A stretch of DNA of 63,260 nucleotides, filler included, from Octopus bimaculoides (taxonomy: Eukaryota): NCBI RefSeq assembly GCF_001194135.2. It is 11 parts of 11 records of this genome, joined end to end, with 100 filler letters (N's around TTAATTAATTAA, not from the genome) between each part and the next. Parts side by side here need not be neighbours in the genome. Positions count along the whole stretch, not along the records: positions 37,709 to 43,436 come from NW_026326642.1; positions 43,537 to 56,005 come from NC_068988.1; 9 more parts are not named here. One strand, 5' to 3'. The notes beneath the pieces were generated by a model that saw nothing but the letters and a program-made list of their open reading frames with translations, made no database searches and was not told the DNA's origin. A program made the translations under genes and the position numbers. Each line of letters begins with the position of its first letter. The first letter of the stretch is position 1. Below, one piece after another: positions 38,461 through 49,956 of the stretch.

Positions 38461-39065
38461 CATAGAGACATATGTACATATGCTTATACATATATACATA
38501 TATATTCATATATATATATATATATATATACATACATATATATATACATATATATACATATATATATTCATATATATATGCATATATATATAGACACATA
38601 TATACATACATATATATACATATATATATATACATATATATATAANNNNNNNNNNNNNNNNNNNNNNNNNNNNNNNNNNNNNNNNNNNNNNNNNNNNNNN
38701 NNNNNNNNNNNNNNNNNNNNNNNNNNNNNNNNNNNNNNNNNNNNNNNNNNNNNNNNNNNNNNNNNNNNNNNNNNNNNNNNNNNNNNNNNNNNNNNNNNNN
38801 NNNNNNNNNNNNNNNNNNNNNNNNNNNNNNNNNNNNNNNNNNNNNNNNNNNNNNNNNNNNNNNNNNNNNNNNNNNNNNNNNNNNNNNNNNNNNNNNNNNN
38901 NNNNNNNNNNNNNNNNNNNNNNNNNNNNNNNNNNNNNNNNNNNNNNNNNNNNNNNNNNNNNNNNNNNNNNNNNNNNNNNNNNNNNNNNNNNNNNNNNNNN
39001 NNNNNNNNNNNNNNNNNNNNNNNNNNNNNNNNNNNNNNNNNNNNNNNNNNNNNNNNNNNNNNNNN

Positions 39066-40071
39066 TTTGCCTGTACTGGGGTAAGCGAATCTGTTCCTTA
39101 CGCACCGTGACACTGCGTCTCAAAGAAAGGCTCGTTTGGCCTACATAGTTATGGCCACAACCCGAGCAGGTTAGGACATAGATAAGGTTGTGGGAGGCAC
39201 ATGTGAAGTTAGTTTTGATTGAGAATGTTTGTCCTTGCTGGAATGTGAATTCCGAGCCTTCACTTAGGTGTTGGCATGTACCACAATTGGGTTGTCTGCA
39301 TTTTTTAACTGTTGGTTTTGTATGTATTGAGTATAGTTTTGCATTTGTAAGGAGTCTCTTGAGTGATTTGTCTTGTCTTTTACATTTTAGTAATTTGTGT
39401 TTATTTAGGATGCTGTTCACTTTCGGGTCTTGAGTGAGTATAGGAAGATTTTGTATAATTCTGTTGTATGCTTCGTTGTTTCTAGGGTTGTGATTTGATA
39501 TGTATGGGAGTGATTTGAGGTGATGTGTGGTGTTTTGTTTTGTTGTTCTTAGTGTGTTTGTGTCTAATTTCTTGGCACGTTCAATTCCATGTTCTATAAG
39601 TGTAGCTGGGTATTGACGTTCGATGAGTGTTATTTCGAGTTCTTGCAATCGAAGTTCCCGAGTGGTTGTGTCAGATACAATCGTACAAATCCTTTTTGCT
39701 AAATTGAATGGAATATTTATTTTGGTGTGTTTAGGATGGCATGAACTGAAAAGGAGAAACTGCTTAGAAGCTGCTGGTTTGCAGTAAATGTCAGTTGCGA
39801 TGTGGTTGCTGGACATTTTTAAAATCAAGATGTCCAGAAAAGGGAGTTGTTCCTTGCTATATTCCATGGTAAACTCGATGTTGGGATTAATACTGTTCAG
39901 TGTGGATTTGAAAAACAGCAGATTATCATAAGTTTCATTCCAGATGATAAAACAATCGTCTACATATCTTTTCCAGTTTTCTCTTATATAGTGGTGGAAT
40001 GGTGGTCCAAATTTTTGGAGTGAGAGTTCAAACAAGGTAGATATAAAGTAACCCATTATTGGGTTCGCCAT
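39066..40071 (-). mobile_element. Penelope-like retroelement (probably Neptune-type): RT C-terminal half, thumb, Cys linker and GIY-YIG endonuclease start; 5' end abuts (TA)n, 3' end runs into a gap
   Basis: About 335 codons without a stop. Motifs: KRYVDDCFIIW (catalytic YxDD), LPFLDILI, IYCKP...SSCHP, KKCRQPNCGTC (Cys linker typical of Neptune PLEs), NLIYVLTCSGCGHNYVGQT (GIY-YIG). Confidence 0.93.
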
Positions 40072-40755
40072 ATATATACATATATATATACATATATATG
40101 AGTGTATATATATATANNNNNNNNNNNNNNNNNNNNNNNNNNNNNNNNNNNNNNNNNNNNNNNNNNNNNNNNNNNNNNNNNNNNNNNNNNNNNNNNNNNN
40201 NNNNNNNNNNNNNNNNNNNNNNNNNNNNNNNNNNNNNNNNNNNNNNNNNNNNNNNNNNNNNNNNNNNNNNNNNNNNNNNNNNNNNNNNNNNNNNNNNNNN
40301 NNNNNNNNNNNNNNNNNNNNNNNNNNNNNNNNNNNNNNNNNNNNNNNNNNNNNNNNNNNNNNNNNNNNNNNNNNNNNNNNNNNNNNNNNNNNNNNNNNNN
40401 NNNNNNNNNNNNNNNNNNNNNNNNNNNNNNNNNNNNNNNNNNNNNNNNNNNNNNNNNNNNNNNNNNNNNNNNNNNNNNNNNNNNNNNNNNNNNNNNNNNN
40501 NNNNNNNNNNNNNNNNNNNNNNNNNNNNNNNNNNNNNNNNNNNNNNNNNNNNNNNNNNNNNNNNNNNNNNNNNNNNNNNNNNNNNNNNNNNNNNNNNNNN
40601 NNNNNNNNNNNNNNNNNNNNNNNNNNNNNNNNNNNNNNNNNNNNNNNNNNNNNNNNNNNNNNNNNNNNNNNNNNNNNNNNNNNNNNNNNNNNNNNNNNNN
40701 NNNNNNNNNNNNNNNNNNNNNNNNNNNNNNNNNNNNNNNNNNNNNNNNNNNNNNN

Positions 40756-41545
40756 CTGTATTAATTATGAAACCAGTGGTTTGCCGTTAAGTTAAAAGTT
40801 TTTAGGAGGTTAGCTTTGAAAGGTTGCATTTCCTCGCGTTCGGTAAATATGTGCTTATTTTGGTAGTTTTGACTTATAAAGTCCCTCTAAGCGTGAGGCA
40901 TTACTGTATAGTAATGCCCTTATATAAATTATATTATATATATTTATGGAAAAAAACGATGCGTTTTTTTTCCTTATGAGGTTTTTTCACGCTGACTACT
41001 TGATAAATTCTTATAAACATTTTATCCTTATTTTATATTATAAATAATTAGAATATATTCAGTGCTCAATATTATTCTGTAAAAGGACATTTTGCCGAAA
41101 TGTAACTTGATAAGCCCGCCTCTTTCACTGATATATAAAGATGAACTGAAGTCATTCTACTGTGTTGGGTACATCAGGGTATGTTGATTTTTGTTTATTA
41201 TTTATGTGTCTCGACCATACGTGCACTGATGAATAAAAGATGCAGCTTACTGCATAGTTTTGCTGTATTAATTATGAAACCAGGGGTTTGCCGTTAAGTT
41301 AAAAGTTTTTAGGAGGTTAGCTTAGAAAAGTTGCATTTCCTCGCGTTCGGTAAATATGTGCTTATTTTGGTAGTTTTGACTTATAAAGTCCCTCCAAGCG
41401 TGAGGCATTACTGTATAGTAATGCCCTTATATAAATTATATTATATATATTTATGGAATAAAACGATGGGTTTTTTTTCCTTATGAGGTTTTTTCACGCT
41501 GACTACTTGATAAATTCTTACAAAGATTTTATCCTTATATTATAT
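40756..41545. repeat. Direct tandem repeat with a 507-bp period (1 full plus about 0.55 copy; starts at a gap)
   Basis: CTGTATTAATTATGAAACCAG occurs at 40756 and 41263. About 285 bp of overlap with roughly ten differences. Confidence 0.95.
41219..41294 (+). ncRNA. Type I hammerhead ribozyme-like motif with a long stem II
   Basis: CUGAUGA at 41226-41232. Stem II is 41233-41246 with 41262-41275 (12 of 14 positions paired, including 2 GU). GAAA at 41276-41279, stem III ACC/GGU, GUU triplet, stem I 3+3 bp with one bulge. Confidence 0.6.
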
Positions 41546-41618
41546 TATAAATACATATATGTATATGTATATATAAGTATGTGTGTGTCTACATATATAT
41601 ATGCGTGTGTATGTACAA

Positions 41619-41681
<63 letters not shown>

Positions 41682-41804
41682 TATATATATATATGTATGC
41701 ATATATATGTGTGTATATCTATATACATATATATATACATATATATATATGTGTATGTGTGTAGTTATACGTGTGAGTGCGCATGAAGCGATGACGTTTT
41801 GCTA

Positions 41805-42325
41805 ACAGACAATCCCAGGATGGGATAAATGTTCCTGTTATTTAGCCCCAAGAAACATTGTTTCTAGCTGGCTATACGACACAAAAGCTCTCTCCTTACG
41901 TTTTCGAGCAGGGGGGAATTAACACCTCCTCCCAGCACAATCCAGCATCTACGGAATAGTTTCAGGTTATTGGCCTTTGTCAGCGTGGAGAAACTTAGCT
42001 TGCAGGATGTCGCTGTTACTCAACTGACGAAAACATATAGCATTCGAAGTGGCAAACAATCAAATAATATATTTCTAAATCTCTTAAAGATATATACAGT
42101 AAGAGCACAATAAAGTGATGACTTTTTGCCAACATAATGTGGAAATCCCAGGACGGGGTAACTGTTACTGCTATTTAGCCCCAAGTAACATCGTTTCTAG
42201 CTGGCTATACGACACAAAACTCTGCCTATATGTTCGAACAGGGGAGATGTAGTACCTCCACCTAGTTTCAGGATTATTGCTCTTTATCACCGTGGATTAT
42301 GTTGGCTTGCTAGATGCCACTGTTA
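41805..42325. repeat. Two diverged direct copies of an about 190-bp repeat
   Basis: AATCCCAGGA.GGG.TAA.TGTT.CTG.TATTTAGCCCCAAG.AACAT.GTTTCTAGCTGGCTATACGACACAAAA at about 41810 and 42143. Confidence 0.8.
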
Positions 42326-42649
42326 TATATATATATATATATATATATATNNNNNNNNNNNNNNNNNNNNNNNNNNNNNNNNNNNNNNNNNNNNNNNNNN
42401 NNNNNNNNNNNNNNNNNNNNNNNNNNNNNNNNNNNNNNNNNNNNNNNNNNNNNNNNNNNNNNNNNNNNNNNNNNNNNNNNNNNNNNNNNATATATAAACT
42501 ACTATTCAAAGCAATAAAACCACGTTTTTTTAAAGTTGTTTATAAATTGAGCTCTGTAATGAAGCGGACTAAGGGGCATAATCTATGAATACTTTGAAAT
42601 GTTCACCTTGTTACATTATTGACATTCGACTATTTGTTCTCATGTTGTT

Positions 42650-42695
42650 AATATAACGTTTCGGCTGATATACCCTCCAGCCTTCTTCAGGTGTC
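42650..42695 (-). ncRNA. Partly decayed minimal hammerhead-like motif downstream of the Poseidon-type PLE
   Basis: GACAC-CUGAAGA-A-GGCUG(10 nt)CAGCC-GAAACGUU-AUAUU. Stem I would need two A-to-G reversions to pair fully. Confidence 0.5.
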
Positions 42696-42869
42696 TTGGG
42701 GAAATTTCGAACCTTGGTTCTCATCCCCAAGGTATTTTTCGATGTTATTATTATTAGTAGTAGTATTACTATTATTATTGGAATCGAACTCGGAATTTTG
42801 GGGTTAGTAGCCCGCGCTCCTAAGCACTACGCTATATGCCCGTGGGCAATTATGGTGTGAAATTTAGGG

Positions 42870-43436
42870 CTTATAAATCTAATATTTTTCTATCCTTCCT
42901 TAATATCGGTTCCTATATGCTGCTCATATTTGCACTCGGTCTGCTTAGGAGGCTGTTTTGTCCTAGCATAGGTGCTACTTCTTTTAGTTTTCGTATTTTC
43001 CAGAGGGGTTCTCTATCAATTATTTTAACTTCGTCCCACAGGGTGAGGTGGTCTCCATTTTTCCATACATGATCAGCTATACCCAATTTATCAATATCTC
43101 CCCGTGTCACAGCTTTGCGATGTTCCTCTACCCTTATTTTGAGGGGGTGACATGTTTCGCCTTTGTATAACCTACCTCAGCTGCATGGAATGCAGTATAC
43201 GCAGTCTTTGGTTATATTCTCTTCTATTGGTAGTTTTATTCGAAGGAGATATTTACGAAGTGTTGTTCTGATGTCATATGGGCCGCATATCTTTTGTATC
43301 TTTTCGGAGAGCCCTTTCACATAGGGTAGACAGACAGTGGACAATTTATTGGACTCATCCTCTCTCTTCTTCATAATTGGAGTGGGTAGTAATACTTTTA
43401 GGGTAGTTGTTGCTTAACAGATCGTTATTGAACTTG
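42870..43436 (-). mobile_element. Penelope/Poseidon-type PLE remnant (linker plus GIY-YIG endonuclease), with in-frame stops
   Basis: Translates as VCLPYVKGLSEKIQKICGPYDIRTTLRKYL...DCVYCIPCS*GRLYKGETCHPLKIRVEEHRK...GIADHVW...WDEVKIIDREPLWKIRKLKE. Truncated by the spacer at 43437. Confidence 0.88.
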
Positions 43437-43536
43437 NNNNNNNNNNNNNNNNNNNNNNNNNNNNNNNNNNNNNNNNNNNNTTAATTAATTAANNNNNNNN
43501 NNNNNNNNNNNNNNNNNNNNNNNNNNNNNNNNNNNN

Positions 43537-43570
<34 letters not shown>

Positions 43571-44350
43571 TCTGTTAAAGTCTGTCATACCGGCCATGAT
43601 GAAATACCACAACGTATAGGAAATACGTATTCGCCTGTATATATTTAATCCTTTATATTGAACACTCAATATTTAATCTATTCAATAAGACATATTCCAT
43701 ATATTCAATAAGACATTCAATACTTTATTTCATTGTACCATCCATTTTTATATTATATATTGCATATTCCATATTCTATATCCCACATTAATTTTACAAG
43801 AATATAAATAAAACATAAAAAACAGACAGAGTTGGAACTCTTTTAAACAAAGTAATACATTCTTCTGTACACAATCATACAAAACCACTTTTTTTGTATT
43901 TATTTTTACTCACACACACACACACACACACACACACGTACACACACACACATATATATATATATATAAACGAAATTGAAATTCTGCTATATTTTGAATC
44001 GGAATTGAAAAGAGAGAAAAGAAGATGCAAAAAACAACGATTATCTTATAATTTCATTATCTGAAAACATTCCTTTAAGTTACATTTTTCTGTACACACT
44101 TCTTCACATTGTAACATATTTACTTTATATTACTTTCGATAAAAATTGTTAATAACAATTACTTATTACTAAGCCGAATGATTTGGAAATTTATAAAAAA
44201 ATCTGAATTGCAGAGTACGAAATTAGCTGATTGACATAGCAGTACGTATACGATCAACGCATCTAAAAGTTGCTTGGCTAAACTATTTGTTTTATATACT
44301 ACGATACCATTTCGAATTTAAAAAAAAACAAAACAAAAAAACCCTCTTAC

Positions 44351-44440
44351 TTCCAGAATGACTTTTACAAACTACTTTTCTGATTTTGTTATTAGTTCTT
44401 TTCTTTGTGGTGCACCAAAGTTTCCCTGACAGATCTATAT
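44351..44440 (-). CDS. Candidate symmetric phase-1 exon, 90 nt
   Basis: Acceptor TTATTCCTCCTAG, donor GTAAGA. Only one frame is open: IDLSGKLWCTTKKRTNNKIRKVVCKSHSG. Confidence 0.3.
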
Positions 44441-44961
44441 CTAGGAGGAATAACGACAATATTATTTTATTGTTTGATAATCTTCATAAGGAGGGAAATA
44501 AATATATATTTATAGCTTTCAATTATTTTTAAAATGGCTTATCAATACTCATAGTCTGCATAATGACCATTTGATTGCACATTCTTTCGTTATTCTTCAA
44601 AAATGTGAACGTTTGTAAGTATATATGAGATATGATATAGCTTAGCATATATATATAAATGTATACAAGTATAAAATACACATACACACACGCACGTATT
44701 TGTGTCTGTATGTAGAAGCGGACACAACAACACACACATTCATATAAATAGTTCTAGCTTATTCAGTTATCAACAAAGCATAGATCGTCACGACTACCCC
44801 TATGTAATCTACGAAAGTAATTCAAATATTATTCCAAAATAATGGAATGCTATAAATTTACGTTTCAATTCTTATAGAAGGTCGTTAAGCAAAGAACAAA
44901 TACAAAACATTATATATCTACGTGATTATATGTGTGCGTGTGTGTCTGTGTGCGTGTTGCA

Positions 44962-45001
<40 letters not shown>

Positions 45002-47166
45002 AAATGAGGGCAGGGAATCGTCAATTAATAATAGAATTAATAATTAACAATTTTGCCAAGTAGTTCAGTATGAAAAAAACCTTTATCGGTAAGACCATTT
45101 ATCCTCATAAATATAAGGGATTAGCAATTGAGTTGCTTCTCCAACATACTGAAAATTCAGAAATAGCAGTCAAAGAACTACCGATTCTAAACTACAAATT
45201 TTTCCCCAAAACGGATGGCGATATCCGTTTNNNNNNNNNNNNNNNNNNNNNNNNNNNNNNNNNNNNNNNNNNNNNNNNNNNNNNNNNNNNNNNNNNNNNN
45301 NNNNNNNNNNNNNNNNNNNNNNNNNNNNNNNNNNNNNNNNNNNNNNNNNNNNNNNNNNNNNNNNNNNNNNNNNNNNNNNNNNNNNNNNNNNNNNNNNNNN
45401 NNNNNNNNNNNNNNNNNNNNNNNNNNNNNNNNNNNNNNNNNNNNNNNNNNNNNNNNNNNNNNNNNNNNNNNNNNNNNNNNNNNNNNNNNNATATATATGT
45501 ACATACTAGATATAGATATATATACATATATACATACACACGTATAAATGTATACAGCTATATATTTGCATACACGTATGTATGCTTGTGTGTGCGTGTG
45601 AGTGTGTGTGTTTGTGGGTGTGTATGTGAGAGTTGGGGGGAGAGCGAACGATAGTATGTACTGAAGTCTGATTACGGTTGCAAAAATAACACTGATTACC
45701 AGCAGAAGATGGATGTACAGTATTTGAAGCGCTCTTTGTTTATATATGGCTTACGTCAAGTTTTGTAACTTTTGTCCAATTACTTGGGAATAGAAACATT
45801 AAACATATTTCTTGAAATCGAAATATATCATAAGAATCTAATACAAGGCCACCCTGTATAATACAGGCTTTGAACCACTTCACATATTTAAAAATTGTTT
45901 AAATATGCATTGAATGTTTTTAATCATATTTCACAGTTGTCCGAGGAAACTCACAATCTAAAAGGAATTATTAACTCTATACTATTAATTGACCTTTGTT
46001 TTAATGGTGATCTAGAAGAAAACAAATATAGTAAAATTCTTGCAACGCAGGACACTCTCACAGTTGGCAATTAAAGATGTAACGGTACCAATGGAATGGA
46101 TAGAACCTAATATATAGGCTGGTATGTTATTTTTGAAAGTTGGGATTTTTTAGGAAAGCTAGGATGATAAGAAAAACCTAGAGGACTGCTATATTTTATG
46201 TTGCCAGGAAATATGAATCTCACCTGTGGAGTTTTGAATTCTGACCCTAAGGAGCGGGAATTTTTGCTCGAAATATTTTTCGCTTGCTCTCATCAGTCCA
46301 TATAAATGAAATATCATATAGAAAATAGTAATGCTATGTACTACACATATATACTAAGAATACACTTCATAAAATGCAAAACATCTTGAAATGGCATTAC
46401 TGGACGTATAGAAATGATATCATTCATAGAGAATAATTATACTGTCGATATTTGAAACGTAAATATTTCCAAAGTGACTTCTTTACAGCCTGGCTGTCCA
46501 TACATCTTATAACTTAGTCGTACATGCAATCCATATACTAGTGTACATGCATTTCATTGTAAATTTACATAAAACAAATGATTTCCAAGATCACATGTAT
46601 ATGGTAAAATTCTACGGTGAGAGCTCAGCATAGTATGATCATAACTGCGAAGATTTTCTCCCCAGATTAGGAGACATTCAGCCAAAGAAAAGAGAAGAAA
46701 CGAAAACAACATACAGTTAAGCAAATTTCATTCAGCCCTTTTGCGTTCCCTATTATCAAGTGAATCAGAGGTGAGGCCGGTGGCGATTAGAAACTCAGAA
46801 AAACACACACGCACTTCTACACAGAGCGAGGCTTTCATTAGCACTGAAATATTTTATGAATTGCTATTATCCACCAATTATTTCCCCTTTAGTCACATGT
46901 AAAGGAAATGCGATGACGAGAAACTTAAAACGATGGAGATTGGGAACCGCTGGCTACAAGTAAAACAGCAAAAAGTCAACAAGAACAGATTATGGTTAGT
47001 ATGTTCGCTAAGGTTTCTTCCTAAAAATCGATATATATTTCTTCAGGAAGGTATCATAAAACCCAATATTTCAAAATGTATATGTCCGCTGATTAATTTT
47101 CAATTATTTTTCATGGCGATTTTACGATCACACTGAATAATTATTCATGCACTTACATATACGTGC

Positions 47167-47246
<80 letters not shown>

Positions 47247-47704
47247 GTATAGATATATACATATATAGACATATATTTACATATATATAAATATATATGT
47301 ATATATACGTATATGGTTGTGTGTGTGTGTGTGTATATATATATGTATATATAATATATATATACACAGAGACATATATATATATATACATATACATATA
47401 CATGTGTGTGTGTGTGTGAGGTGTGCAGTAGGAGTATCATTAGTATGTGTGTATATGTGCGTACATGTTCATAGGGATGGACTCAAAGTTATAACCACAG
47501 CTATAGGCGTCCATTGATATTCGAATTATAAACACTCGTATATTTACACACGCACACATGCACACACAAATACACGCACACACACACATAAACACACACA
47601 TAAACCCACGCATGTACACACACGCAAACAAGTGGCCATATATGTTTACAAATGCGTATCTCAAGATGATTAAGCTCGATGTTCCCTACAAAATATTTTA
47701 ACAA

Positions 47705-47850
47705 TGTGATAATGATAATGATGTCCACGTTCATTACGAGGACGACGATGAGCTGAGGATATAGATGATGATGATGATGAGGATGATGATGATGATGATG
47801 ATGGTGACGTTGATGATGATGATGACGATGATGATATTCATGATGATGAC

Positions 47851-47883
<33 letters not shown>

Positions 47884-47885
47884 AT

Positions 47886-47931
<46 letters not shown>

Positions 47932-48117
47932 ATTCGTGNNNNNNNNNNAAATTATCGATAACACCAACGATCGTAATGACAGTGACTTTAGTAGCAATGA
48001 TGATGATGGTGATGATGATGGTGATGATGCGGACGATGACAACGACTAGGACGACTAGGACAGTAATGATGTTGATGACGACAAAGATAACAACGACCAC
48101 GATGGTGATGTAGATGG

Positions 48118-48170
<53 letters not shown>

Positions 48171-48205
48171 GTTATGATGATGACGACGATGACGATGACG
48201 ACAAT
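47705..48205. repeat. Long degenerate (GAT)n microsatellite
   Basis: Directly visible; gives poly-Met/Ile/His ORFs. Confidence 0.95.
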
Positions 48206-48894
48206 GAGGAATGCAGTAAAATGTGTTGCCACGATCAATAGTGTGATCAATAATCGTGTATTAAAGTTAGATCATCGAAAGTGATAAGAGCGAGGCCGAA
48301 GGGAATTACTTATGGGACACGTTGTTAAATGAATCAGCTTTTAATGGGTTTCTCTCAAGAAGTGGATACATAAACAGAATATGTTGTCTATAATTATGTG
48401 CATGTATTAATTTTTGATATTTCCCTTTGAGAAAGAAGGCATTCCTAAGTACATATTAAGTACACACTGGTATGCAGAATTCATCTTTGATATTTAAAGA
48501 TGTACTAACGTAAACCTTTGAATCATGCCAGTAGGTAGTGTTTTCGAATGTGTTTCTTTTTTGACATTTCAGAAAAAATAAATTATAAGAAATACAATAA
48601 TCCTTGTAATTAAACATAAATAAATAAATATATAAATAAATGAATAAATAAATATATAAGCAAATGCACAAAAAATAATAAAATTTAAAATAAATGGAAG
48701 CCGGTGTAACTCTGCATGAAACTACATAGAACGTCCTCGAAACAGGAAAAAATATGAGCAGAAGGTTTGTATCTTGAGGGAAAACATGAAATGATTAGAT
48801 GTTGCATGCTGATTGCACGTGATAAAAAAAAATACATACAATATGGGGACAACATGCCAAAGTCATTAAAACGTCAAACATACTACCGTCTTAA

Positions 48895-49414
48895 GGCGGT
48901 GAACTGGCAGAAACGTTAGCAATCTGGACGAAACGGTTAGCGGTATTTCGTCTGTCTTTATGTTCTGTGTTCAAATTCCGCCGAAGTCGACTTCCCCTTT
49001 CATCCTCTCGGGGTCGATAAATTAAGTACCAGTTACGCACCGGACTCGATGTAATCGACTTAATCCCTTTGTCTGTCCTTGTTTGTCCCCTCTATCTTTA
49101 GCCCTTGTGGGCAATAAAGAAATAAGAATCTTTAGCGCGCTGGACGAAATGCTTAGCGGTATTTCGTCTGTCTTTACGTTCTTTGTTCAAATTCCGCCGA
49201 GGTCGACTTTGCCTTTCATCCTTTCGGGGTCGATAAATCAAGTACCAGTTACGCACCGGGATCGATCTAATCGACTTAATCCCTTTGTCTGTCCTTGTTT
49301 GTCATCTCTATGTTTAGCCCCTTGTGGGCAATAAAGAAATAAGAGACGTTAGCACGCTGGACAAACGTTTAGCGGTATTTCGTCTGTCTTTACGTTCTGT
49401 GTTCAAATTCCGCC
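48895..49414 (+). mobile_element. tRNA-derived SINE family A, head-to-tail trimer (third unit truncated)
   Basis: Units 48912-49127 (216 bp) and 49128-49344 (217 bp), then a partial unit. Core CCTTTCATCCTTTCGGGGTCGATAAA..AAGTACCAG. Confidence 0.9.
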
Positions 49415-49901
49415 CAGCTTAGGAGGATATTCTAATAAGATATGTATACTAAAATCGTGAAGCATGTTATGTAATAACAGGCTAATCAGATGTAAGTTTG
49501 TAACAATTCAAAGTAAATAAGTCTGAAAAGGTTTTTTTGTGTTGGTATATTCGAGAATATATCACTAACCAAAATAAGTGAATCTATTGTTTAGGAAAAT
49601 ACTATATACTTCTTTCAGGTTTGTACTGGATAAATTGCAAAAATATCTCTAACTGTTCAAATACTAAGAAATAAGCATATTCAATTTGATTTATACCAAA
49701 TAATTTCGGAAAATGAATGGTTTATTTTTGTTTAGTGTTAAAATGAAATAGACTATATATATATATAAAGATCCCTTCCATGGGCCNNNNNNNNNNNNNN
49801 NNNNNNNNNNNNNNNNNNNNNNNNNNNNNNNNNNNNNNNNNNNNNNNNNNNNNNNNNNNNNNNNNNNNNNNNNNNNNNNNNNNNNNNNNNNNNNNNNNNN
49901 N

Positions 49902-49956
<55 letters not shown>

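Noticed and set aside
46218-46290. Strong CAG|GTGAGA donor on the minus strand
   Set aside because: It appears to lie within a decayed SINE family A fragment.
47501-48250. Poly-Met/Ile/His ORFs
   Set aside because: Translations of a (GAT)n microsatellite with no unique flanking coding sequence.
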